Assembly (NCBI GenBank): GCA_963751345.1 | Contig: CAVVUS010000011.1 | Span: 455,981-519,980 of the forward strand | From: an uncultured Chloroflexia bacterium | GTDB taxonomy: Bacteria > Chloroflexota > Anaerolineae > B4-G1 > SLSP01 | Direction of reading: 5' to 3' | DNA: 64,000 nucleotides | Part shown: in pieces, positions 33,307-42,373 of the stretch | Layout of the letters: each line of letters begins with the position of its first letter | Position numbering within the stretch: the first letter of the stretch is position 1 | Translations under genes and position numbers: made by a program | Notes under the pieces: model-generated | Databases searched by the model: none | The model's input: only the letters and a program-made list of their open reading frames with translations | What the model was told of the DNA's origin: nothing

Positions 33307-33419
33307 GTCAGAACACGCTAAATGCCCGGAAAGGCATTGGGACGTCACGAACCCGACTCCGTAGTCTGGCGAGAACGTGTGCGCCATAAAACACGAAAGG
33401 CCCGGAAGGGCATTACCAC
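33307..33419 (+). CRISPR. Degenerate two-repeat mini-array of a different (37-nt) repeat family
   Basis: GTCAGAACACGCTAAATGCCCGGAAAGGCATTGGGAC + 39-nt spacer + GCCATAAAACACGAAAGGCCCGGAAGGGCATTACCAC (27/37 identical, no gaps). Confidence 0.6.
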
Positions 33420-33429
33420 GCACCTTGCC

Positions 33430-33555
33430 CGCATGACCGCGCGGTTCATCATCCGGCTGGTCAACCGGCGCTATCTCAAGGGCAACATCACGCTTGCCGG
33501 CGACAAGGCCTTCGCTGACTCATGCGATATCGTCGCCGACCGGATCCTGGCCCCG
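33430..33555 (+). pseudogene. IS21 IstB-like ATPase fragment
   Basis: ARFIIRLVNRRYLKGNITLAGDKAFADSCDIVADRIL resembles the IstB segment LxxRYExGSxIxTSNxxFxxW. Confidence 0.5.
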
Positions 33556-33723
33556 CCATCCCTGATTGTCTGCCCCTCTTTCGACGCTCATCTGAACGCC
33601 GGCATAATCTTCGTCGTGAGCGCCCACGTATCGGTGGGACATTCACATCCGCAGACGGGGCACCACCCGTCTCTACAACGGCAGCGTAGCCGCGGAAAAG
33701 CGACCCACACCCCACCTCCACAC

Positions 33724-33778
33724 TTGATTGGCCCCGTTTCCTGTGCTATAGTAGGGATATGAGATAGAACATAGGTTC
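33724..33778 (+). promoter_or_regulatory. Sigma70 promoter with downstream LexA (Cheo-type) SOS box
   Basis: TTGATT-17-TATAGT with TGn extension; GAAC-ATAG-GTTC at 33767-33778. Confidence 0.7.
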
Positions 33779-33836
33779 CATATTGCCCTGGTGGCACGAT
33801 CTCCCCGATACTCAACACTCCCAGGGAGTGCTGCCT

Positions 33837-34019
33837 ATGACCACCCAACCCGGCGCCGTCTTCCTGGCAAGCGACAGTCTGCACGATGAGTGGACCAGGC
33901 GCCCGCACGTGATCATCGACCGGTTGCCGCTGATGACCGCCGCGGCGGAACTTAGGGCCATGCTCTACGGGTTGCGCCGCACGTGGGGTCCCAGGACAAC
34001 AAGTGAAAGAAACTCTTGA
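33837..34019 (+). CDS. Small hypothetical protein (60 aa), possibly SOS-regulated
   Basis: GGGAG RBS; lies between the SOS promoter and a strong hairpin. No recognisable domain. Confidence 0.35.
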   Translation: MTTQPGAVFLASDSLHDEWTRRPHVIIDRLPLMTAAAELRAMLYGLRRTWGPRTTSERNS

Positions 34020-34047
34020 GAGAAAACCTATGAAAGAGAATACAACA

Positions 34048-34077
34048 CCTACCCGCCGCGCTGGCGCGGCGGGTAGG
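34048..34077 (+). other. Perfect GC-rich hairpin
   Basis: CCTACCCGCCGCGC-TG-GCGCGGCGGGTAGG; no U-tract. Confidence 0.7.
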
Positions 34078-34383
34078 GTGGGCCTTTCGGAGAAGCTGCC
34101 GATCCTTCCAGGCGCATGCCGGTCTTCGGGCACGCCGGCCCAAACGGCAGAGGGTCAGATCCGCGCACCCGCCCCTTGCCATTCGGCAGGCCGCCGGCTG
34201 CCGAAATCCCGCCTCCGACGCCGGTTCCCGTTCGGGCGCGCAACCGTAGGGGCGCACGTAGTCCCGGCATCACCCTCAATCTGCTACCACGCCCGGACCC
34301 GCGATCGCCCCCGCCCCGGGACGTTCATCTTGCCGATAATGGGGAACACTACATTGCCATTGACATCCGCCGGGCGGGGCCCT

Positions 34384-34640
34384 TTACGAAACGAACCCAT
34401 AATGGCCATTGAGCCCCCTGTCCGCCCAAGCCCCATTCATGGGGCGCTGCCATCTAGCCCGGCGACTTCATCGCCGGGCGGGCCTCGCCGGGCGGGCCTT
34501 CATCGCCGGGCTTCGTCCGCCGCGCGGGCCTTCCTACTCCCTCCTATTACCAAACGAACCCATTTTCGCCGCCTCCCCGCTGGATGCGTCCCCGGGGAGC
34601 AGGCCGCTACCCCCCTGTTTTGCGAAACGAACCCATTTTC
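34384..34640 (+). repeat. Three dispersed copies of TT(A/G)C(G/C)AAACGAACCCAT(TTTC)
   Basis: Copies start at 34384, 34547 and 34620; three more on the minus strand at 50404-50549. Confidence 0.9.
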
Positions 34641-34734
34641 CTGCGACCGTCGGTTTGCGCCCCCTCCCCGCCGGGGGTACAATACCCGCAGGCGGTAGAA
34701 CCACGGTCGTATCTCTCATACGAAGGAGGGTAGG

Positions 34735-35238
34735 ATGGCGATCGACTTCAGAGGGCCTTCGGGCGTTCCCCTTTTGCTCAACGTCAATGGTGAGGAGTTC
34801 CACGTCTTTGTCGAACCGCGGCGCACCCTGCTCTCGGTGCTGCGTGAGGAGCTTGGCCTCACGGGCGCCAAGCGCGGCTGCGGACACGGGCAGTGCGGCG
34901 CGTGCACGGTCATTCTGGATGGTGAGACGGTCTACGGCTGTCTGACCCTGGCGATCGACTGCGAGGGCCGCGAGATCCGCACGATCGAGGGCCTCGTCCA
35001 CGGTGAGGATCTTCATCCCGTACAGAAGGCTTTCATCGAGCACGACGGATATCAGTGCGGGTTCTGCACGCCCGGACAGGTGATGTCGGCCGTGTCGCTG
35101 CTCGAACATACGCCACAGCCGACGGAATCCGAGATCCGTCAGGGGATGGCGGGCAACGTCTGCCGCTGCGGCGCCTATCCGAACATCATCGATTCCGTGG
35201 CAGCGGCAGCCGAGATGATGGCCGGAGAGGGGGACTGA
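34735..35238 (+). CDS. Xanthine dehydrogenase-family (2Fe-2S) subunit
   Basis: GCGHGQCGACTV, QCGFCTPG, CRCGAY; own promoter TTGCGC-17-TACAAT at 34655-34683. Confidence 0.95.
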   Translation: MAIDFRGPSGVPLLLNVNGEEFHVFVEPRRTLLSVLREELGLTGAKRGCGHGQCGACTVILDGETVYGCLTLAIDCEGREIRTIEGLVHGEDLHPVQKAFIEHDGYQCGFCTPGQVMSAVSLLEHTPQPTESEIRQGMAGNVCRCGAYPNIIDSVAAAAEMMAGEGD

Positions 35239-35242
35239 CACG

Positions 35243-37585
35243 ATGCCTACGATCCGCAAGACAAAGGTCGAGTTCGAGGGCCGTATCGAGGAACGAGAGG
35301 TTATCGTCGAGGAAGAGCACGTCGAGCCCTGGGGGCGAGAGGCCAGGTTGCGCCTGGTGGGCCAACCGACCCCGCGCGTCGACGGCGTAGCACGGGTCAC
35401 CGGGCGCGCCGTCTACACCCACGATGTGCATCTCCCGCGGATGCTGATTGGGCGATTCCTGCGGTCGCCGCATCCGCACGCCCGGGTCAAGGCGGTGGAC
35501 AGCACCAAGGCCGAGGCGCTGACCGGTGTGGCGCTGGTATGGCATCGCGACCAGCCGCCGCCGATCGGCTATCTCTTCGGCCGCGAGATCTTTCCGGAGG
35601 AGGTCGCCTACGAGGGTGCGGAAGTAGCCTTCGTGGCGGCGCGCGACGAACGCATCGCCGAGGATGCCCTGGCGTTGATCGAGGTGGACTATGAGCCGCT
35701 GCCCTTCGCCTACGACTTCGACGCTGCGACGGCGGAGGGCGCCCCCACGGTCCTCGAAGGCGAGGATAACTGGGTGACGCCGGAGGGCGATGTCTACGAG
35801 CGCGGCGACCTCGACGCCGGAGGTCGGGAGGCCGACGTGGTGGTGGAGCTGACGTTCACCACGCCCCTGGCCTCGCACTGCTGCCTGGAGACCCACGGTA
35901 GCGCCGCGAGCTGGGAGGGCGATCAGGTGACGGTGTGGCACTCCACCCAGAGTGTCTTCGGCACCCGCAGCAGTGTCGCCGATGCCCTCGATATGCCGAT
36001 GGACAAGGTCCGGGTCATCTCGGACTATATCGGTGGGGGGTTCGGCAGCAAGTGGGGGGCCGAGCCCTACACTCTGATGGCCGTCCTCGCCGCGCGTCAG
36101 ACGGGGCGTCCGGTCAGGGCCGTCCTGGAGCGAGGCGAAGAGCACCTCGCCGCGGGCTATCGGCCCGGCAGTTGGCAGCGCGTCCGGCTGGGCGCCAAAC
36201 GAGACGGCACCTTGACGCTGATCGAGCACGAGGCAAAGGTGACCACGGGCGTCTTCGGCGGGGCGGGCCCCGTCATCGGCGGCCCGGCAAAGGACCTCTA
36301 CCGGTGCGCAAATGTGCGCACCGTGGTCTGGACCGCCCGCGCTAACGCAGATCACGCCAGGGCCTTCCGGGCGCCGGGTTACGTCGAGGGCACCTTCGGA
36401 CTGGAAGGCGCGATGGATGCCCTGGCCGACAAGCTCGGTATGGATCCCCTGGAGCTTAGAATGAAGAACTACGCCGAGAACAGCCCCTCGCGCGGTGGAC
36501 CCTATACCTTCAAGGGGCTGCGGCAAGCCTACGAGATGGGCGCTGAGCGCTTCGGATGGTCCGGCACCATGGCGGAGTCGGAGAGGGTGGAGGGCCCCTG
36601 GCGACGCGGTCGCGGGATGGCGAGCCAGATATGGGGCGGCGGAGGTGGTCCTCCGGCGAACGCGATTGTGAGGCTGCTGCCCGATGGCACGGCCGAACTC
36701 AGCGTCGGCGTGCAGGACATCGGCACCGGCACAAAGACCGTGCTGACCCAGGTGGCGGCTGAGGAGCTGGGGCTGCCCCTGGAGGCGGTCCGGTGCATCA
36801 TCGGCGATACGCTGCCGGCGCCGTTCGGGCCGGGCAGCGGCGGAAGCGTGACCCTGGCGTCGTCGACCCCGGCGGTTCGCTCTGCCTGTCGCGAGGCGCT
36901 GCGACAGGTGATCGCGTTGGCCGCCGTGATGATGGGGTTGGAAGGCGCCGGCGTCGACGACTTCGACGTGACGATGGGGAGATCGTCTACCGGCAGGACC
37001 CCGACAAGCGCCTGGGCTTCAACCAGGTGACGGCGAAGATGGGCAACTACACCATCGTGGCCAAGGGCGCCCGCGGGCCCGAACCCCGACGATATGGCGA
37101 TCAACACCTTCGGGGCGCACTTCGCCCAGGTGGCCGTCAACGTGGAGACCGGCCAGGTGCGCGTCGAGCGCGTCGTCGCGGCCCACGACATCGGCCGCGT
37201 GGTCAATCCGATGACGGCGGCGAGCCAGGTCTACGGCGGCGTCATGATGGGCTTGGGGTTTGCGACGACCGAGGGACGCGTGATCGACCCTGACACGGGG
37301 CTGCAGCTCACGGCCAATCTTGAGGACTACAAGGTCCCACTCATCGTCGATACCCCGGCGATCGAGGCGCTCTTTGTGGACGTCGCGGACACCGAGGCCA
37401 ACAGCGTCGGCAGCAAGGGGCTGGGCGAGCCGCCCATCATCCCCGTGGCGGCAGCCATCGCGAATGCGATCTTCGATGCCGTGAGGATCCGGGTGACCGA
37501 CCTGCCGATCACGCCTGACCGTCTGCTGGGCCTGCTGCCGGGCGCTGCGCCGGACGCTGCCGGCGTTCCCGAGGAGGTGAAGTGA
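35243..37585 (+). CDS. Xanthine dehydrogenase-family molybdopterin-binding subunit (frameshifts about 36975-37085)
   Basis: LRSPHPHARV, IGGGFGSK, FRAPG, DIGTG, SKGLGEPP. Confidence 0.93.
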
Positions 37586-38580
37586 TGACGCTGCATCCGT
37601 TTGCGTATGCCAATGCCACCTCCGTCGAGGAGGCGGTAGAGAACCTTGATGCGGTGACCTGGCCGCTGGCCGGGGGCACCGATGTGGTGGCGCTGATGAA
37701 GGACGGGCTGGTTGCCCCGGAGCGTCTGGTCAACCTCAAGACAATCCCGGGCATGGCGGACGTGGCAACGAGCCTGGACGGGCTGCACATCGGCGCCCTC
37801 GCGACGCTGTCCGATCTGGCGTCAAACCCGGATCTCCGACGGCGGCCCGACCTTGCCGCACTGGTCCAGGCGCTTGACGAGACCGCGACGCCGCAGTTGC
37901 GGCATATGGCCACGATCGGGGGTAACTTGCTCCAGCGGCCCCGCTGCTGGTACTTTCGCAACCCCAACGTCCCCTGCTGGCGAAAGGGCGGACGTCGCTG
38001 CTTTGCATTCCGCGGCGAGAACAAATACCATACGATCCTGGGAGGCGGCCCGTGCTATGCCGTGCACCCATCGGATCCCGCGGTGGCCCTGCTGGCGCTG
38101 GGTGCCTCCGTGCTGTTGATCGGTCCCCGCAATCGGCGGGTCGTCCCGCTGGGCGAGTTCTACGCGCTGCCGCAGCGCGATCGTCAGGTGGCGGATGGGT
38201 ATCATCCGGTTACGGTCCTGGCGACCGGCGAGATCGTGGCCGAGATCATCGTCCCCCAGGCCGAGGAGGGGACCTGGTCCGCCTACGTCAAGGTGATGGA
38301 GCGCGGCGCCTGGGATTTCGCCCTGGTCAGCGCGGCGGTCAGCCTCGACAATGGAGGGCGACACGGTCCGAGTCTGCCCGCGTCGCGTTGGGCGGCTGTC
38401 GCGCCGATACCCTGGCGCGCAGAGGCGGCCGAGGCCGCGCTCGTTGGCCAGCGGCTCACCGATGCCGTGACGCGCGAGGTGGCCGAGGCCGCTGTCACCG
38501 GCGCCCGCCCGCTCGAACACAACGGCTACAAGGTGGCGTTGGTCAAGAGCGCGCTGGCGCAGGCGTTAGGAGCGCGTTAG
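37582..38580 (+). CDS. Xanthine dehydrogenase-family FAD-binding subunit
   Basis: LAGGTD, ATPQLRHMATIGGNLLQRPRCWYFR, Cys-rich insert, HPSD, PIPWR. Confidence 0.93.
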   Translation: MMTLHPFAYANATSVEEAVENLDAVTWPLAGGTDVVALMKDGLVAPERLVNLKTIPGMADVATSLDGLHIGALATLSDLASNPDLRRRPDLAALVQALDETATPQLRHMATIGGNLLQRPRCWYFRNPNVPCWRKGGRRCFAFRGENKYHTILGGGPCYAVHPSDPAVALLALGASVLLIGPRNRRVVPLGEFYALPQRDRQVADGYHPVTVLATGEIVAEIIVPQAEEGTWSAYVKVMERGAWDFALVSAAVSLDNGGRHGPSLPASRWAAVAPIPWRAEAAEAALVGQRLTDAVTREVAEAAVTGARPLEHNGYKVALVKSALAQALGAR

Positions 38581-38642
38581 CAGGTTGGCACGTTAGCACG
38601 TTGGAACGTTCGGAAAGCCGTACCCTCGAACGTTCCAACGTT
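38575..38642. repeat. Inverted octamer repeats (ACGTT(A/G)G(C/A))
   Basis: GTTAGCAGGTTGGCACGTTAGCACGTTGGAACGTTCG...CGAACGTTCCAACGT. Confidence 0.65.
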
Positions 38643-38690
38643 TTCTGTGTCTCAACGGGCGAACGAGGCTCTCGAGAAGGATGTGCGGTG

Positions 38691-39066
38691 GCTGATCGGC
38701 GGTTGTGTCGTAGAGACGACCCGGTGGGTCGTCTTCGGCCGCGCAGGCTACTGCGAGTGGGGGCTTCTGCGTCCGGAGACGTGCCACCGGCACGTCTCTA
38801 CGGCGGCGAAGACAGAGCTGATCGGCGGCTGTGTCGTAGAGACGACCCGGTGGGTCGTCTTCGGCCGCGCAGGTACTGCGAGTGGGGGCTTCTGCGTCCG
38901 GAGACGTGCCACCGGCACGTCTCTACGGCGGCGAAGACAGAGCTGATCGGCGGCTGTGTCGTAGAGACGACCCGGTGGGTCGTCTTCGGCCGCGCAGGTA
39001 CTTCGAGTGGGGGCTTCTGCGTCCGGAGACGTGCCACCGGCACGTCTCTACGGCGGCGAAGACAGA
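38691..39066. repeat. BIME/REPIN-like array: three near-identical units of about 125 bp, each an inverted GTAG-REP pair
   Basis: Units start at 38691, 38817 and 38942; GTAGAGACGACCCGGTGGGTCGTCTTC ... GAGACGTGCCACCGGCACGTCTCTAC. Confidence 0.92.
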
Positions 39067-39092
39067 TTGAGAATTGTCCAAGGACATCGAAG

Positions 39093-40928
39093 ATGACCGA
39101 TCAACAACAACGCGAGTTCGCTACGATTGAGGCGCACGGGCGCCTGCATCCTCCGGATTGGGCCGTCAAGCAGCGGTACCTGATGGGGTTGATGGATGAG
39201 GCAGCCGAGACCTTCGTGGAGCGGTATACGCGCCCCGACGGCACGCTCATCTGGCGCGACGCGTGGCCGGGGATGGACGGTTCCGACGACGGGTATGAGA
39301 GCTTCATGTCTTTCGCGCTCTTCTACCTTCTCGGGGGCAGCGAGCGGGTGCACGCGCTGGCCCGGCGCGAGTGGAATGCCGTGACCTGGCAGTTCACCGA
39401 GTACGGCCAGGTCCGGCGCGAGTACGACGCCTACTACGACTGGATGCACCACGGTGAGAGCTCGACCTATATCTACTACCTGGGTATGGCGAATCCCTAT
39501 CACCACGTCGATCGTACCCGCGCCCTCCGTTTCGCGGCGATGTACGCAGGGCTCGATCCCGAGGCGCCCAACTGGGATCCGGACCTCAAGATGATCCGGT
39601 CGCCGATCAACGGCAGCATGGGGCCGCGGGCCGAGATGTCTGCCGAGGACTGGGTCACGCACCGCCCCGTGCTGGCCGACTACCTCACCCCTTACGAGGA
39701 CGTGCCGGGCTTCGACATCACGGATCCTTTCACCAAGCTCGACTGGAACGACGACGAGACCTTCGCGAAGATCCTCAAGCTGATGAACGAGCGGATGGTG
39801 CCGGGCGACGTGCCCCTGAACCTCAACGCGACCAGCCTCATCACCAGTGCCTATCTCTACACGGGCGATGAGATCTACAAACGCTGGGTGCTCGACTACC
39901 TGGGCGCCTGGCGTGAGCGGACCGAGAGGAACGGCGGGATCATGCCGGACAACATCGGCCCCACCGGCGAGATCGGTGAGCGGATGGGCGGGAGGTGGTG
40001 GGGTGGCTACTACGGTTGGCGCTGGCCCCACGGCGCCTGGATCATCCTCGAGTCGACGCTGATCGCCGGGCAGAACGCGACGCTGCTGACCGGCGATCCC
40101 TCGTGGCTGGATCTCCACAGATCGCAGGGAGACCTGCTCTGGTCGCTGCGCAGGGAGGAGAACGGTGCCGTGACGGTGCCCTTCCGCCATGGCGCCGGTG
40201 GGTGGTTCGACTACCGGACGATGCAGCCGCGCCACTACGCCCACCTCTATTTCATGAGTCGCGACCCCGCGGACTGGGCGCGGATCGAGGAGCGATATCC
40301 CGACCGATCGTCGTGGTATGCGGGGCCGACACATTTCGGCAAGTCCGGGCATTTCTGGCCCGAACGGTGGTTTGGGTATATGGTGGGCGAGAATCCCGGC
40401 TTCCCGGATCAGGCGCTCTCAGAGACCTACACGTGTATGCAGCAGCGCCTCGACAGGATCGACCGCGATGACTGGAGCAACCTGGAGGAATGGGATGTGC
40501 ACCACTGGCAGGATCTCAATCCTGTCGTTCCCGAGGGGCTCATCCAGATGGCGATGGGCACGCCGGCGGCGATCTATCACGGGGGACTGCTGCACGCCAG
40601 CGTGCGCTATTTCGACCCGCAGGGCGAGCGCCCGGGCCTTCCCGCCGACGTCGCAGCGCTGGTCGAGGCGATCACGCCGGATGGCCTGACGCTGACGCTG
40701 GTCAACACCAATCCCCTGGCGCCGCGCGAGGTCCTGGTGCAGGCCGGAGGCTTCGGCGAGCACCGGTTCAGCGAGGTGCGAGATGCCGAGGCACCGGGGG
40801 CACCTTCGGTGCCGGTCAATGACAACGTGCTCCGGGTGCGGCTTGGTCCCTGGTCGCAGGCACGGCTTCAGGTGAGGATGGCCCGATACGTCAACCGGCC
40901 GACCTACGCTTTCCCGTGGTGTGTCTAG
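39093..40928 (+). CDS. Hypothetical protein (611 aa, rich in Trp/Asp/Tyr)
   Basis: Long ORF with strong GC3 bias; motifs DGSDDGYE, YDWMHHGE, WWGGYYGW. Confidence 0.85.
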   Translation: MTDQQQREFATIEAHGRLHPPDWAVKQRYLMGLMDEAAETFVERYTRPDGTLIWRDAWPGMDGSDDGYESFMSFALFYLLGGSERVHALARREWNAVTWQFTEYGQVRREYDAYYDWMHHGESSTYIYYLGMANPYHHVDRTRALRFAAMYAGLDPEAPNWDPDLKMIRSPINGSMGPRAEMSAEDWVTHRPVLADYLTPYEDVPGFDITDPFTKLDWNDDETFAKILKLMNERMVPGDVPLNLNATSLITSAYLYTGDEIYKRWVLDYLGAWRERTERNGGIMPDNIGPTGEIGERMGGRWWGGYYGWRWPHGAWIILESTLIAGQNATLLTGDPSWLDLHRSQGDLLWSLRREENGAVTVPFRHGAGGWFDYRTMQPRHYAHLYFMSRDPADWARIEERYPDRSSWYAGPTHFGKSGHFWPERWFGYMVGENPGFPDQALSETYTCMQQRLDRIDRDDWSNLEEWDVHHWQDLNPVVPEGLIQMAMGTPAAIYHGGLLHASVRYFDPQGERPGLPADVAALVEAITPDGLTLTLVNTNPLAPREVLVQAGGFGEHRFSEVRDAEAPGAPSVPVNDNVLRVRLGPWSQARLQVRMARYVNRPTYAFPWCV

Positions 40929-41204
40929 TGCCGGATCAGGGCCATCGTCGGGCATGGGACCTCTAGCCACGCGCATCCCGGGGGGATCCCTGATCCGCTG
41001 GGTGTATTCAGCAGGAGCGGTGGCTCGGGTGTCCGGCCTGCGGGGCACCTGGGGGCGCTCTGACGCGCTCTGGTGCACCAAACGGAGCGCCGGCGGATCA
41101 CGGGCTCGTAGGAAGAGAATTGGGCGGGAAGGGCAATCCCGCGGAAGTGCTATGCTGGTACACCGAGATGCAGTTGACAGGATGGGTCGGGCCGGAGATA
41201 TGAT

Positions 41205-42344
41205 ATGCCACTCTACGAAGAGGCGCCCGAGGTGGGGAATGAACACCGTGAGGCATTCCTGAACCAGTTCGAGGCGTGGCTGGACGCTAATTTCGAGGCT
41301 GCTTCCGCCGAGCGGGAGCAGTTCTTCCGGCCTGACTTCAGTTCCGTTGAGGCGTACGAACGTTCGATCGTATTCCTCCGTGAGAGGTTCCGGCAGATGC
41401 TGGGCCGCCCGCTGACGGAGCTGAATCGCACGGCCCCGGACGTAGGGGCGCAGCACGCTGCGTCCCGTGCAGACCGCGGGGCTGCGTCCCTACCGGCGGA
41501 TCAACGCACGTCGGGGGCGGGGGATGCCATTCCGGCCGCGCGCACCGTCTCCGTGGCACAGGACGACCTCGGGCATATCGAGCGCATCTGGATTGAGGTC
41601 TTCTCGGGGCTCGATCTCTATGGTTTGCTCTTTGTGCCCCACGGCCCCGGCGCACACCCCCTGGTGATCTCGCAGCACGGAGGGTTGGGCACGCCTGAGC
41701 TCACCGCGGGGTTCTTCGGCTCGGCGAACTACAGCGATATGACGCGCCGGGTGCTACGCCGCGGCGCCGTCGTCTATGCGCCCCAGCTCTTCCGCTGGGA
41801 CGTCAAGTTTGGGCCCCAGCCGGACGTGGTGGAACTCGATCGCCAGATGAAGCAGCTCGGCGGATCGATTGCAGCCTTCGAGTTGACCTGCCTGGCACGG
41901 GGGCTCGATCACCTGCTGACCCGGCCCGAGGTGGACCCGGAGCGGGTGGGGATGGTGGGGCTCTCCTACGGTGGGTTCTTCGCGCTCTACGCCGCGGCTG
42001 CCGATCCCCGGATCGGCGTGACACTGTCGTCGTGCTTCTTCAACGACCGGCGCCGCTACGGGAGGCGCGACTGGGGGTTCTTCAACGCTGCCAATACGTT
42101 CTTCGATGCCGAGGTGGCGGGGCTGGTCTGCCCTCGCCATCTATATCTTGAGGTGGCGCAGAACGACGAGCTGCTGGACGTAGCATCCGCGAGGCCTGAG
42201 GCCGAGAAGGTCGCGGGTCTCTATGAGCGTCTGGGGATCTCGGAGCGCTTTGTCTATCACGAGCACCCCGGTAAACACGAGTTCGATCCCTCCGACGAGG
42301 GGATAGATTTCCTCTGCCGCAATCTGGGATTGGCCAATCGCTGA
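41205..42344 (+). CDS. Alpha/beta hydrolase (dienelactone hydrolase / esterase-like)
   Basis: QHGG, GLSYGG nucleophile elbow, DEL, GKHEF. Confidence 0.85.
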   Translation: MPLYEEAPEVGNEHREAFLNQFEAWLDANFEAASAEREQFFRPDFSSVEAYERSIVFLRERFRQMLGRPLTELNRTAPDVGAQHAASRADRGAASLPADQRTSGAGDAIPAARTVSVAQDDLGHIERIWIEVFSGLDLYGLLFVPHGPGAHPLVISQHGGLGTPELTAGFFGSANYSDMTRRVLRRGAVVYAPQLFRWDVKFGPQPDVVELDRQMKQLGGSIAAFELTCLARGLDHLLTRPEVDPERVGMVGLSYGGFFALYAAAADPRIGVTLSSCFFNDRRRYGRRDWGFFNAANTFFDAEVAGLVCPRHLYLEVAQNDELLDVASARPEAEKVAGLYERLGISERFVYHEHPGKHEFDPSDEGIDFLCRNLGLANR

Positions 42345-42373
42345 TCCTATCTCAACACCCGAGGTGAAAGTCC

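Noticed and set aside
33344-33382. Mini-array spacer targeting the ACGAACCC motif
   Set aside because: Only 8 nt are shared, too short to support.
33460-33491. Third repeat of the mini-array
   Set aside because: Only 32 nt and a weak match; better explained as IstB-like coding relic.
38691-39066. Second CRISPR array
   Set aside because: Whole units are near-identical with no unique spacers; REP doublet structure.
38052-39092. 958-aa ORF N-terminal extension
   Set aside because: It runs through the FAD gene and the REP array; the real start is probably 39093.
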